Of a DNA stretch of 64,000 nucleotides, positions 20,847 to 29,866 are shown piece by piece (position 1 is the first letter of the stretch; each line of letters opens with the position of its first letter). The DNA is taken from the IMG/VR virus record IMGVR_UViG_3300025437_000009; one strand, 5' to 3'. The notes under the pieces were generated by a model, which was given only the letters and a program-made list of their open reading frames with translations, was not told where the DNA came from and ran no database searches. A program made the translations under genes and the position numbers. This DNA comes from a virus. Taxonomy: Duplodnaviria; Caudoviricetes.

Positions 20847-20919
20847 AATAGTCTTAGAAATACGTTATCGCAAAAAACTAAAAGAGTTGCGTAAGCGAGA
20901 TCCATTTATTTACAAATGA
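20818..20919 (+). CDS. 33 aa basic peptide MQWLKNLYNRIVLEIRYRKKLKELRKRDPFIYK
   Basis: Below the ORF-track cutoff; fills the gap between two SGNH genes and overlaps the next gene in an ATGA junction. Confidence 0.65.
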   Translation: MQWLKNLYNRIVLEIRYRKKLKELRKRDPFIYK

Positions 20920-21455
20920 TATTAGTCAACGGCGATAGTTTTACCTATGGTGAAGAAAGTTCTATTGCTTGGCCCAATTTGATTGCTAATACCGTAAACA
21001 TAGCGGAATCTGGCTATAGCAATGATGCTATCGTTAGGACGACTGTGAATTCAATTGAATCTTGTTTGTTATCCGTTGAGTATGTTATTGTTGCATGGAC
21101 TACCCCAAACAGAATAGAAGTTAACGGCCAGCATCTAACTCCGCATAGTCATAGAAAGTACGGATCAATCTGTGATTATGTATTTTTAGACTGGAATGAA
21201 CAGTGGGCTACTGCAAAATTCCGTACACAGGTTGCACTATTAGATGCTTATATAAAAAGCAAAAGCATACCTTACGTTTTTATTAGAACTTTTGATGTTC
21301 CTGAAACTACAGTAGGAAATTGGATGCCGGGTAGTATAGTAGAATGGATGGGCGATTGTCCCAAAGGCCCGGGCGGACATCCGCTAGAACTTGGACAAGT
21401 AAGAATAGCAGAACATGTCGAAAAATATATTAGGAATCTCGGCTGGCTTCCATGA
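20916..21455 (+). CDS. SGNH/GDSL-fold protein
   Basis: NGDSFTYG, GYSNDAIVR, GGHPLELGQ. Confidence 0.6.
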   Translation: MILVNGDSFTYGEESSIAWPNLIANTVNIAESGYSNDAIVRTTVNSIESCLLSVEYVIVAWTTPNRIEVNGQHLTPHSHRKYGSICDYVFLDWNEQWATAKFRTQVALLDAYIKSKSIPYVFIRTFDVPETTVGNWMPGSIVEWMGDCPKGPGGHPLELGQVRIAEHVEKYIRNLGWLP

Positions 21456-22896
21456 TGCCGCCGCAACAGTAATTAACCAAGGTGAGATCTTATATGCTGG
21501 ACACGCAGAGCGTTACAGTAAGATTAAGAATGACCCTAATTTGCATGAAGCAATGTTTTGGGAGTTTAGTCGTGGGCGACACATTGATCATATTGCTTAC
21601 TACGAAACTCCTTGGAAGAAACAGTTGCGTCAACTGTACTCAGGACAAGGCATTGAGTGGAACAAACTAACTACCCGTCAAGTTTTAAAGCAACAATTAC
21701 GGGGATTCTTTGATAATGTTCCAGTATCGACACACAGTCATCATCTAAGCCACACAGCAGCAGGATTCCAAACAAGTCCATTTAAGCGTGCCACAGTGGT
21801 AGTAATTGATGCTATAGGTGAATGGGACACTATCTCAATTTGGGGAGCAGAGTACATAAACGGCCGGGCTCAATATAAGAGCTTATGGCGTCAACGTTAT
21901 CCTCACTCAATCGGATTATTTTATACAGCAATGACTCAACGGGTGGGATTGAAACCCATGGAAGATGAGTATATTCTAATGGGAATGGCCGCATATGGTC
22001 GTCCTACTGCTACTACGTTTATAAAGAATGCAGTCATTGAAAATGAATGGGATCTAACATTTAAACAAAATCTACATGCGGGACTAGATGATACCTTTTT
22101 AGTTGGAGTCCCAAACGAAGAAATTGCCAGTTCTAGCCAGACCTTTTGTGAAAATTTGATATATAATGTTATACGTCGTGCTAAAGAATTTGGCTGGAGC
22201 ACGAATTTGGTATACCAGGGCGGTGTAGCCCTTAATTGTTTAGCTAATAGAAATCTTGGTGAATATTTTGAAAACGTTTGGATCATGCCTAATCCTGGTG
22301 ATGCTGGTAGCTCTCTTGGCGCAGCCGCTCTCGCCTACGGAGGCCCGATTGATTTTAAAAATGCGTTCCTCGGTACAGACATTAGCGGCAACTATCCCGT
22401 CAATGCCCTCCTTGATAGTTTACTCACAGATAAAATCGTTGGAGTTGCTTCCGGACGTGCAGAATTTGGACCCAGAGCCCTTGGAAACAGAAGTCTCCTC
22501 GCCGACCCTCGCGGACCCAACATAAAGGATCGAGTAAATGCAATCAAACGACGTCAAGAATTCAGACCATTTGCGCCAGTCATTTTGGAGGAGCATGTAC
22601 GTGATTATTTTGACATGCCTCCTGGTTTCGTTGATACTAGGTATATGCAAGTCATCGGTCATTGTAGGCGTCCTGACTTATTTCCTGCTATCGTTCATCA
22701 TGACGGGACTAGTCGTATACAGACAGTACCAGCTGATGGTTCGGGAATCCGAGAACTATTAGAAAAATGGTATGTAGTAACAGATTGCCCTATGTTACTG
22801 AATACTAGTCTTAATATCAAGGGCGAGCCAATGGTCAATGATCGTGCGGATGCAGATCGATTCGAAAAACTCTATAATGTAAAGGTACACTCATGA
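21415..22896 (+). CDS. Carbamoyltransferase, NodU/CmcH/TobZ family
   Basis: Kae1-like HDAAA, HHLSH, IDAIGE, GGVALNC; C-terminal GRAEFGPRALGNRS, RPFAP, DGTSRIQTV, LLNTSLN. Confidence 0.93.
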   Translation: MSKNILGISAGFHDAAATVINQGEILYAGHAERYSKIKNDPNLHEAMFWEFSRGRHIDHIAYYETPWKKQLRQLYSGQGIEWNKLTTRQVLKQQLRGFFDNVPVSTHSHHLSHTAAGFQTSPFKRATVVVIDAIGEWDTISIWGAEYINGRAQYKSLWRQRYPHSIGLFYTAMTQRVGLKPMEDEYILMGMAAYGRPTATTFIKNAVIENEWDLTFKQNLHAGLDDTFLVGVPNEEIASSSQTFCENLIYNVIRRAKEFGWSTNLVYQGGVALNCLANRNLGEYFENVWIMPNPGDAGSSLGAAALAYGGPIDFKNAFLGTDISGNYPVNALLDSLLTDKIVGVASGRAEFGPRALGNRSLLADPRGPNIKDRVNAIKRRQEFRPFAPVILEEHVRDYFDMPPGFVDTRYMQVIGHCRRPDLFPAIVHHDGTSRIQTVPADGSGIRELLEKWYVVTDCPMLLNTSLNIKGEPMVNDRADADRFEKLYNVKVHS

Positions 22897-23243
22897 CAGA
22901 GGTTGAACTAATTCAAGAAAAACAAAAACATATTTGGGCAAATGAAATGGCTTCATTATACTCACAAATTATTGTGAACGGAATTTATAACTCAGAAGAC
23001 TTTGGGTACCAGGAAAGAGAAGAGATAGCTGCCTACGTAAGTTTTAAAAATAAATGCGTGTATTGTTTTAAAGGCCACAAAACTGATAAAACGCTTAGTA
23101 TTGAATTAAGAAAGCTGATAGACGATTTATATAGTGGTAAAAAACAGGTTGATATAAATGATAACGATAAACTAATCGAACAAATTATTTATATTATTGG
23201 ATTTTTAAATTTTGTTAATTTTGTATTAAAGGCATATCGATAA
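22893..23243 (+). CDS. Hypothetical protein (AT-rich)
   Basis: Overlapping start/stop junctions on both sides. Confidence 0.55.
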   Translation: MTEVELIQEKQKHIWANEMASLYSQIIVNGIYNSEDFGYQEREEIAAYVSFKNKCVYCFKGHKTDKTLSIELRKLIDDLYSGKKQVDINDNDKLIEQIIYIIGFLNFVNFVLKAYR

Positions 23244-24082
23244 TGACACAACGTATTTTAATTATGGGCCTTCCAGGCTCGGGCAAAACAACATTGGCCG
23301 GCGCTCTTAAAAAATATCTTGAAGAGCACGGTGAGATTAGCTATGCTCGTGCTACTCGTGAAATGATTGGCAATTTTAATTGTGAAGTAAATTGGTTCAA
23401 TGCAGACGATATTCGACGCAAGTACAACGACTGGGACTTCTCAAACGATGGACGTATTCGTCAGAGCCTGCGTATGTTTCAATTCAGTATGGAATCGGGC
23501 GGAGACTATGTGATCTGTGACTTTGTGGCACCCTTGGTTGAGATGCGCAACAACTTCAAGGCCGACTGGACCATCTGGATGGATACCATACGTGAAGGAC
23601 GATATGCAGATACTAATGCGGCCTTTGTGGAACCCGAAGTATATGACTTCCGTATCACCGAGCAGAATGCAGAAAAATGGGCCGAATTTATTGGCGAACA
23701 TATTATTGAAAATCGACGTCGTCCTACGTTTGATTGGAAGAAAGAAACTGTACAGATGTTGGGACGTTGGCAACCATGGCATGATGGACACCGCGCACTA
23801 TTTGAACGTCTAATACAACGTACAGGGCAAGTAGTTATTCAAGTACGTGATGTACAGGGTTGGCAAGGATCTAATCCATTTGAAATTGACAAAGTTAAAT
23901 CTTTTATACGCAGAGATTTAGATCCCATCTATCAAGGACAGTATGAAATACAAGTAGTACCTAATATTGTACACATTGGTTGGGGTCGTGGAGTAGGTTA
24001 TACTTCAGGTGAAGAAACATTTGACGATGCAATTACTGATATTAGTGCTACAAAGATACGCAAAGAATTAGGTCTCAAGTAG
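23243..24082 (+). CDS. Adenylylsulfate-kinase-like P-loop domain fused to an HxGH nucleotidyltransferase domain
   Basis: MGLPGSGKTT, NADDIR, DFS.DGR.RQ, CDFVAP; C-terminal GRWQPWHDGH. Confidence 0.8.
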   Translation: MTQRILIMGLPGSGKTTLAGALKKYLEEHGEISYARATREMIGNFNCEVNWFNADDIRRKYNDWDFSNDGRIRQSLRMFQFSMESGGDYVICDFVAPLVEMRNNFKADWTIWMDTIREGRYADTNAAFVEPEVYDFRITEQNAEKWAEFIGEHIIENRRRPTFDWKKETVQMLGRWQPWHDGHRALFERLIQRTGQVVIQVRDVQGWQGSNPFEIDKVKSFIRRDLDPIYQGQYEIQVVPNIVHIGWGRGVGYTSGEETFDDAITDISATKIRKELGLK

Positions 24083-24279
24083 TGGATACTGCTAAACGTA
24101 GTTTGGTAAAAACAATCAGTTGGCGGGTAGTTGGTAGTACAGCTACGTTTGGCATTAGTTATTTGATATCTGAAAATTTTGCTGTTGCTGGGACTATAGC
24201 TATCGTGCAGTTGATTGCAAACACCGTACTATACTTTGTACATGAGAGGCTGTGGAATCGTGTTAATTGGGGTCGATAG
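24082..24279 (+). CDS. DUF2061-like small membrane protein
   Basis: RSLVKTISWRVVGS...YFVHERLWNRVNWG. Confidence 0.8.
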   Translation: MDTAKRSLVKTISWRVVGSTATFGISYLISENFAVAGTIAIVQLIANTVLYFVHERLWNRVNWGR

Positions 24280-25435
24280 CAATTCGTTGACCTAAACGAT
24301 TAACGGTATACGGCGCCGGGGTAGTAAAACTATCAGCCATGGACTTTAATTCTGCTTTAAGATGATCCCATTCTTTCTTGATAAAATTAGGATCTGTAAA
24401 CAAGTTATAGTTATGATCTAGTGTAGGTTGCATGTCTATCAGCATTAATTTTTGTTGTTCTGGTGACATATTAGATAGATCGCGTAGTATGTCTACTACC
24501 CGGGACATTCTTAGAATAGGATCTTCTATGGCGTCGTAGCTTTCGTCCCAATAATCACCAAATGTACGGAATCCGTAACTGCGTAGATACTCTAAGTTAT
24601 GAACACAACCCAGCAGTAGGAAGGGCATACGCAGGACAATTGGTTTAAATATTTTTTCTGTTAGGTGAGTTTTATCTTGCCAATAACAAGTTTCAGTAAC
24701 AACAAATACAAAACTTTCCATCAATTGATCCATAGGACTTAATAACATACTTTGATTGGGTATATCTTGATCAGCAAAATCTATTCGAAGTTCTGGAAGT
24801 TGGTTAATGTTAGTGATAGCTTCTCTTACAAGTAAAGGATCAACTCCTTGATTAACAATACTTAATTCTAAATTAGAATCAAATGATCCGCCATCGGGAC
24901 AAATTTTGCTAAAGCTAACGTAGCCCTGATCTAATAGATTATGTTTATACAATTCATTAACGAAAAGACTTCTATATACACGTTCGTTACTGGTTAACCT
25001 ATTAAAAGTAATATATGTTTTTGCTAGTGTTCTATCCCGTGGACTGATTAATCCTGGTAAGTATTCGTGTCCTCGATACCAATCTGCTGCTGCAAATATG
25101 TGAAAAAAGTAATCGAGGTGAGCAAATCTAAATTGATCACAAATGCGTTCTTTTTCAGTTGACAACTGTTCAGTACTAACTAAAACCCACGGTCCGTAGG
25201 TATTTGAAGTAATGTATTCAAATAATGATTTGTTGTAACCAAAGTTAAGAGGTTCTTGATCATAAAAAATAAACATTGGTCCTCGAGCTTCTGGTGGATC
25301 CGTGTCATTTCTTAATGTTTCTAAGTTTTCTGGTTGAGTTGACCCAAAAGGGTATAGGTATACTACCCTTGGATCTGCTATAATAGTCTTTAAGTATTGG
25401 TATATATTTTCGTAATGATTGGATAGGTTATACAT
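24263..25435 (-). CDS. Putative glycosyltransferase (TEKxxKP family), inverted within the + operon
   Basis: VVTETC..HLTEKIFKPI...PFLLLG..L.YLRSYGF.TF..WDESYD; paralog of 29863..30930. Confidence 0.6.
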   Translation of the reverse strand: MYNLSNHYENIYQYLKTIIADPRVVYLYPFGSTQPENLETLRNDTDPPEARGPMFIFYDQEPLNFGYNKSLFEYITSNTYGPWVLVSTEQLSTEKERICDQFRFAHLDYFFHIFAAADWYRGHEYLPGLISPRDRTLAKTYITFNRLTSNERVYRSLFVNELYKHNLLDQGYVSFSKICPDGGSFDSNLELSIVNQGVDPLLVREAITNINQLPELRIDFADQDIPNQSMLLSPMDQLMESFVFVVTETCYWQDKTHLTEKIFKPIVLRMPFLLLGCVHNLEYLRSYGFRTFGDYWDESYDAIEDPILRMSRVVDILRDLSNMSPEQQKLMLIDMQPTLDHNYNLFTDPNFIKKEWDHLKAELKSMADSFTTPAPYTVNRLGQRIAIDPN

Positions 25436-27854
25436 GTTTGATGTTTTTTATCAGGGACCAAAACCGGGATTATTTGCTTTCGAGCAACCTGCAGAGTCTC
25501 TTGACGAAGCTGCAAGCAAGAGTAGAACTAGTCACTACTGGTATATTTATGGGGGCAATGACTACACGGGATTTGATTTTGACTATACACCTGTCCCTTG
25601 GGAAACTAGTCACATACATGTCTGGCCTAGTCAATGGCAACAAGATGGCGGGGTATATCTAGCCAATCGACGTACTGTGGCTAACCGTGAATGGCATTTC
25701 CGTACAGAACAACGTGTTGTGAGAATACCAGATGACACTAATTGGACTATTCCTGCATATTTGACCGGTATCGACACCAGTTGGCATCCAGATCCTCACG
25801 AACCTAGCTACGTATATCATTTTCCTAGCCAGTGGCAAAGTGCTAGTGGAGCATACTATACTGTTCCTGGCGCTACTGAAGTTAAGTTGTCAGATCAACA
25901 GATATCTACTGCTATTCCCAATCGTCGGTACTGGCACATACCCGATGAAATCAATCAAGAAGGTGTAGATTTTAGCTGGCATCCCAACGTATTAGATCCT
26001 GCGTACATATACCACTTTGGCACAGACTGGCAGGCCAGTGTTGGCCTAACTTATACAGTCACAGGTGCTACGGAAATTAAGTTTGCTGGGCCCATACCTG
26101 GCGGAGAAAATGCCTTGGAAGTGCAGGACATATTCTTTATAGACAAGGGCAATGATACTGCTACTACACGCTACGAACTGCTACGTGGCAAGTATGGTGA
26201 TCGTGTGACCAAATTACGATATGCCAATAGCCTAATAGACACCATTGCTCGTTGTGCTAATAGAACCACTACAAATAAATTTTGGGTTATCAGCAGTGAG
26301 TACGATTATACTACATTTGATTTTGCGTGGCATGCAGAACCTTGGCAAAGTTTCATGACACACGTATTCCCTAGCCAGCATCAAAAGTGGTCTGACACAT
26401 TCTTAATTAACAAGTGGGAATTTCAACGTCACACAGAGTGGGCCAGCACCTTAGAAGAGTTTCCTAATTTGAACTTTGTAACAGATCAAACAGTAAGCAA
26501 GCCCGATAACTTGCATAACATTTATTATGTCGATCACGGTAATCCTACCAGTCGACATCAGTATGAACTTCTACGTTTATCACACCCTGACATAGTATTC
26601 ACACGTTTTGTAGACAATTACTTAGATACATTTAAACGTATTATGTCGACTGCTACTACAGAATATGTTTGGATCATTAATAGTGTATGTGATTACACCC
26701 AGTTTGACTTTACGTGGCAACCAGAACCTTGGCAACGGGAAATGATCCACGTATTCCCTAGTGACAATCAAGAACGTGGCGATACCTTTTACATACACGT
26801 AGAATCATTTAAAAAACAAATGATTGAATTAGAGTTGTTGGATTGGTTTAATGTAATTAACTATTGTGAAGATCAACGTGTGTACCGTTTTGATATGCCC
26901 GTACATCAATACTACACAGATGACCTGGTATCCGAAATTAAGAACTACAAGTTTGACACTCCATATGTATTGTTTACTAACCAAAAAGATCTACAGATGT
27001 TGGCAACACCCTGCTTATGGACAAAGAAAGATCGAGTTGTAGAACGTTTATCGCCTGCGGGTGCTACCGCGATAGTACCTCGTGATATCAAGGCTGATTT
27101 GAAGACACAAATCTATGATTATCCTTATATTCATGCTGGAAAACCGTGGGTAAACGACTACTTAGGAGGTGAGTTTAGCCTTGACATAGTCTATATCAGT
27201 AACGGAGAACCCGATGAAGAACGTTGGTATGAACATACTTGTGACGTAACCAATTCACGAGTAAAATGGGTTAGGGGAGTAAATGGTCGTACTGCCGCTT
27301 ATCAAGAAGCTGCACGTCAGAGTCGCACACCGTGGTTCTTTGCTGTGTTTGCTAAGTTACAGGTCAATCCAGAATTTCCATGGCATACTTGGATGCCAGA
27401 TTATTTTCAAGAACCTAAACACTATATCTTTAATAGCCATAATCCTGTAAATGGATTAGAGTATGGACATCAGGGTGTTATTGCTTATAACAAGAGATTA
27501 GTATTAGAAAATACAGCACCGGGCATCGACTTTACACTTTCGCAAGCACATGAAGCAGTTCCTTTATTATCAGGTATAGCACATTTCAATCAAAGTGAGT
27601 GGATGACTTGGCGTACTGCTTTCCGTGAAGTAGTTAAATTAAAGCACTTTATGGCTACACAACCAACACTAGAAACCAGTCATAGACTAGCAACATGGAC
27701 AACGGTTGCTGAAGGCGACTTTGCTGAATGGAGTATTCGTGGAGCAGAAGATGCTATTCAGTACTACAATGAAGTGGGTGGGGATTACAATCAGCTCATG
27801 TTGAGCTTTGAGTGGGCCTGGTTACAGGAACGTTTTAACGCAGGTAATTTATAA
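25434..27854 (+). CDS. Large multi-repeat glycosyltransferase-like protein
   Basis: Five DF.W.P.PW....H.FPS..Q-type repeats; C-terminal domain homologous to 9270..10169 (VRGVNGRTAAYQEAA, WRTAFREVVKL). Start may be 25419 or 25434. Confidence 0.7.
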   Translation: MFDVFYQGPKPGLFAFEQPAESLDEAASKSRTSHYWYIYGGNDYTGFDFDYTPVPWETSHIHVWPSQWQQDGGVYLANRRTVANREWHFRTEQRVVRIPDDTNWTIPAYLTGIDTSWHPDPHEPSYVYHFPSQWQSASGAYYTVPGATEVKLSDQQISTAIPNRRYWHIPDEINQEGVDFSWHPNVLDPAYIYHFGTDWQASVGLTYTVTGATEIKFAGPIPGGENALEVQDIFFIDKGNDTATTRYELLRGKYGDRVTKLRYANSLIDTIARCANRTTTNKFWVISSEYDYTTFDFAWHAEPWQSFMTHVFPSQHQKWSDTFLINKWEFQRHTEWASTLEEFPNLNFVTDQTVSKPDNLHNIYYVDHGNPTSRHQYELLRLSHPDIVFTRFVDNYLDTFKRIMSTATTEYVWIINSVCDYTQFDFTWQPEPWQREMIHVFPSDNQERGDTFYIHVESFKKQMIELELLDWFNVINYCEDQRVYRFDMPVHQYYTDDLVSEIKNYKFDTPYVLFTNQKDLQMLATPCLWTKKDRVVERLSPAGATAIVPRDIKADLKTQIYDYPYIHAGKPWVNDYLGGEFSLDIVYISNGEPDEERWYEHTCDVTNSRVKWVRGVNGRTAAYQEAARQSRTPWFFAVFAKLQVNPEFPWHTWMPDYFQEPKHYIFNSHNPVNGLEYGHQGVIAYNKRLVLENTAPGIDFTLSQAHEAVPLLSGIAHFNQSEWMTWRTAFREVVKLKHFMATQPTLETSHRLATWTTVAEGDFAEWSIRGAEDAIQYYNEVGGDYNQLMLSFEWAWLQERFNAGNL

Positions 27855-28941
27855 CAGATTCTGCAACGATTTCTACTTCAGTGTCAGTCAGTTCGGGGTA
27901 GATGGGCAAGCTCAAACACTCTCTACTAAATGCAGTAGATTCTCTAAATAGATCACGAGCATAATCAATATAGTTGTAGCCAACACTTAATTCAAACAGG
28001 GGTTTATCGTAATTGCAACGAGTTTCAATTCCGTGATTGCGCATAAAATCTTTGAGTGTGTGTCTATTAGCAGTTCTAATAACAAACTTTGACCAAGCTG
28101 AATCAACACCAAGTCCGGGTCCTACAATATCAACATATCCATCCAGCTGTTCGATATAGTATTCAGCAATTTCCTGTCTACGTGCTTGCCAGGAATCAAA
28201 GTATTCAAGTTTGACCAGCATGGCAGCACAATCAGCTTCCGACATCTTGCTGTTAGTTCCGTGAGCCTGGTGTCCCATCTTTTTGCCATTGTCACGCAGG
28301 TCCAGTAGATCTTCATATATGCTGTAACTATCTGTCAAGACCATACCACCTGAACCATAGTTGTTTAGATTCTTAGTGGGATCAAAACTCAACACACTGA
28401 TGTGACCTAGACTACCTGAAGGTATTCCTTTGTAGCTAGCACCAAATGATTGTGCAGCATCTTCAATTACTAAAATATCATCGTTGAAAAATTCTGTTTG
28501 TAGTCTAAAACGATCCCAATCTATGACATGTCCAAATAGGTTAGCGTACATGATACAATCTACACCAGCACCGGTCAGCGCGGTATCCATTGACTCCAAA
28601 TCTAATAGAGCACAATGATCAGTATCGCAGAACACAGGGGTATGCCCAGCGTACAGCACACTATTAATAGTGGCAGCAAAACTTAGGGTGGGAATTAATA
28701 CTCGACTTTCGGCTGGGATACAGGCCTGTTGTGCAAAAATTAAACCTTGCGTACAACTGCCCACTGCCACAGCCCATTGGCGTCCACAACGTTGAGCCAC
28801 AGCCTCTTCAAAGGCACGAGTACACGGGCCGTCTAGAACTTGTCCAGTCTGATATACTTCATCCATGGCATCCATGATTTCTTCACGTAGAGTCTTGTAT
28901 TGACGATCAACGCCAAAGAACGGAATCTTTAAGCCACTCAT
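27835..28941 (-). CDS. DegT/DnrJ/EryC1/StrS PLP-dependent NDP-sugar aminotransferase
   Basis: IEDAAQSFG, SFDPTKNL..YGSGG (PLP Lys), CLSLPIYP; probable start MSGLKIPF. Confidence 0.92.
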   Translation of the reverse strand: MSGLKIPFFGVDRQYKTLREEIMDAMDEVYQTGQVLDGPCTRAFEEAVAQRCGRQWAVAVGSCTQGLIFAQQACIPAESRVLIPTLSFAATINSVLYAGHTPVFCDTDHCALLDLESMDTALTGAGVDCIMYANLFGHVIDWDRFRLQTEFFNDDILVIEDAAQSFGASYKGIPSGSLGHISVLSFDPTKNLNNYGSGGMVLTDSYSIYEDLLDLRDNGKKMGHQAHGTNSKMSEADCAAMLVKLEYFDSWQARRQEIAEYYIEQLDGYVDIVGPGLGVDSAWSKFVIRTANRHTLKDFMRNHGIETRCNYDKPLFELSVGYNYIDYARDLFRESTAFSRECLSLPIYPELTDTEVEIVAESVINYLR

Positions 28942-29866
28942 AGTACAGTTGGAAACCTTCTTCAATATCAATTTTTCCGCGATAGCCAAAGTCCATACCA
29001 GCACGAATTGTGCTTAGTGTACCTCGACTAGGAAAACGTGGATTGGCCTCAGCTATTCGAATACGACCATTACCAGCAATTTTAACGGCCAGTTCTGCGG
29101 CTTCCAATAGTGTTCGACCGCTACTGCGTGTGATATTATAAGTACGCCTACTACTGTTAAAACTATTAGTAGCACGTACTATACCTTTTACACAATCATC
29201 TACGTAGGTAAAGTCTAATACTTCATCGGGACCGCATACTACTAATTCTTGATTGCGCATAGCCGCTACCAGGAAACGACTGACCACACGATCTAATACA
29301 TCACGTGGCCCATATACTGCTGAAGGGCGTAGAACAACATGATCTATTCCTGCACGATCACAATGATCACGAGTCAGTTGTTCACCTGCTAACTTAAGAA
29401 TACCGTAAATGCCTTTTGGGGTACACTTCATATCCTCGTAGCCGTAAAGGTCAAAGTCACCATAGACCATACTAGAGCTAACATAAACAAATCTACGTAC
29501 TTTCCAGTATTCACTGGCACGCAATAAATTAATAAGCCCACCAGTTAAGACTTCAGAACCTTCTATGGGATTTAGATCAACAGCCTTGGCGCGAGGATAA
29601 GCAGCACAATGTATAACAATGTCAGGACGGCATTCAGCAAATACTTCTGTCAGTGCTGGATAATCTCTAATGTCAATTTGGTGTATTCGTTTGTTGTTTA
29701 ATCTAGCCAGACGTTCGTTGTGTAGCTGTGTAACCTCTTTTGCAGGTATAGTTCCGCTATAGTCGGTGAGACTATCTATCACACAAACATCATGTCCTTG
29801 ACGTTCAAATTTGGCCACAATGCCGTGACCAATAAATCCAAGTCCACCAGTAACTAATATTTTCAT
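28907..29866 (-). CDS. NAD-dependent NDP-sugar epimerase/dehydratase
   Basis: TGGLGFIG, SSSMVYG, YGILK (YxxxK), DFTYVDD. Confidence 0.92.
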   Translation of the reverse strand: MKILVTGGLGFIGHGIVAKFERQGHDVCVIDSLTDYSGTIPAKEVTQLHNERLARLNNKRIHQIDIRDYPALTEVFAECRPDIVIHCAAYPRAKAVDLNPIEGSEVLTGGLINLLRASEYWKVRRFVYVSSSMVYGDFDLYGYEDMKCTPKGIYGILKLAGEQLTRDHCDRAGIDHVVLRPSAVYGPRDVLDRVVSRFLVAAMRNQELVVCGPDEVLDFTYVDDCVKGIVRATNSFNSSRRTYNITRSSGRTLLEAAELAVKIAGNGRIRIAEANPRFPSRGTLSTIRAGMDFGYRGKIDIEEGFQLYYEWLKDSVLWR

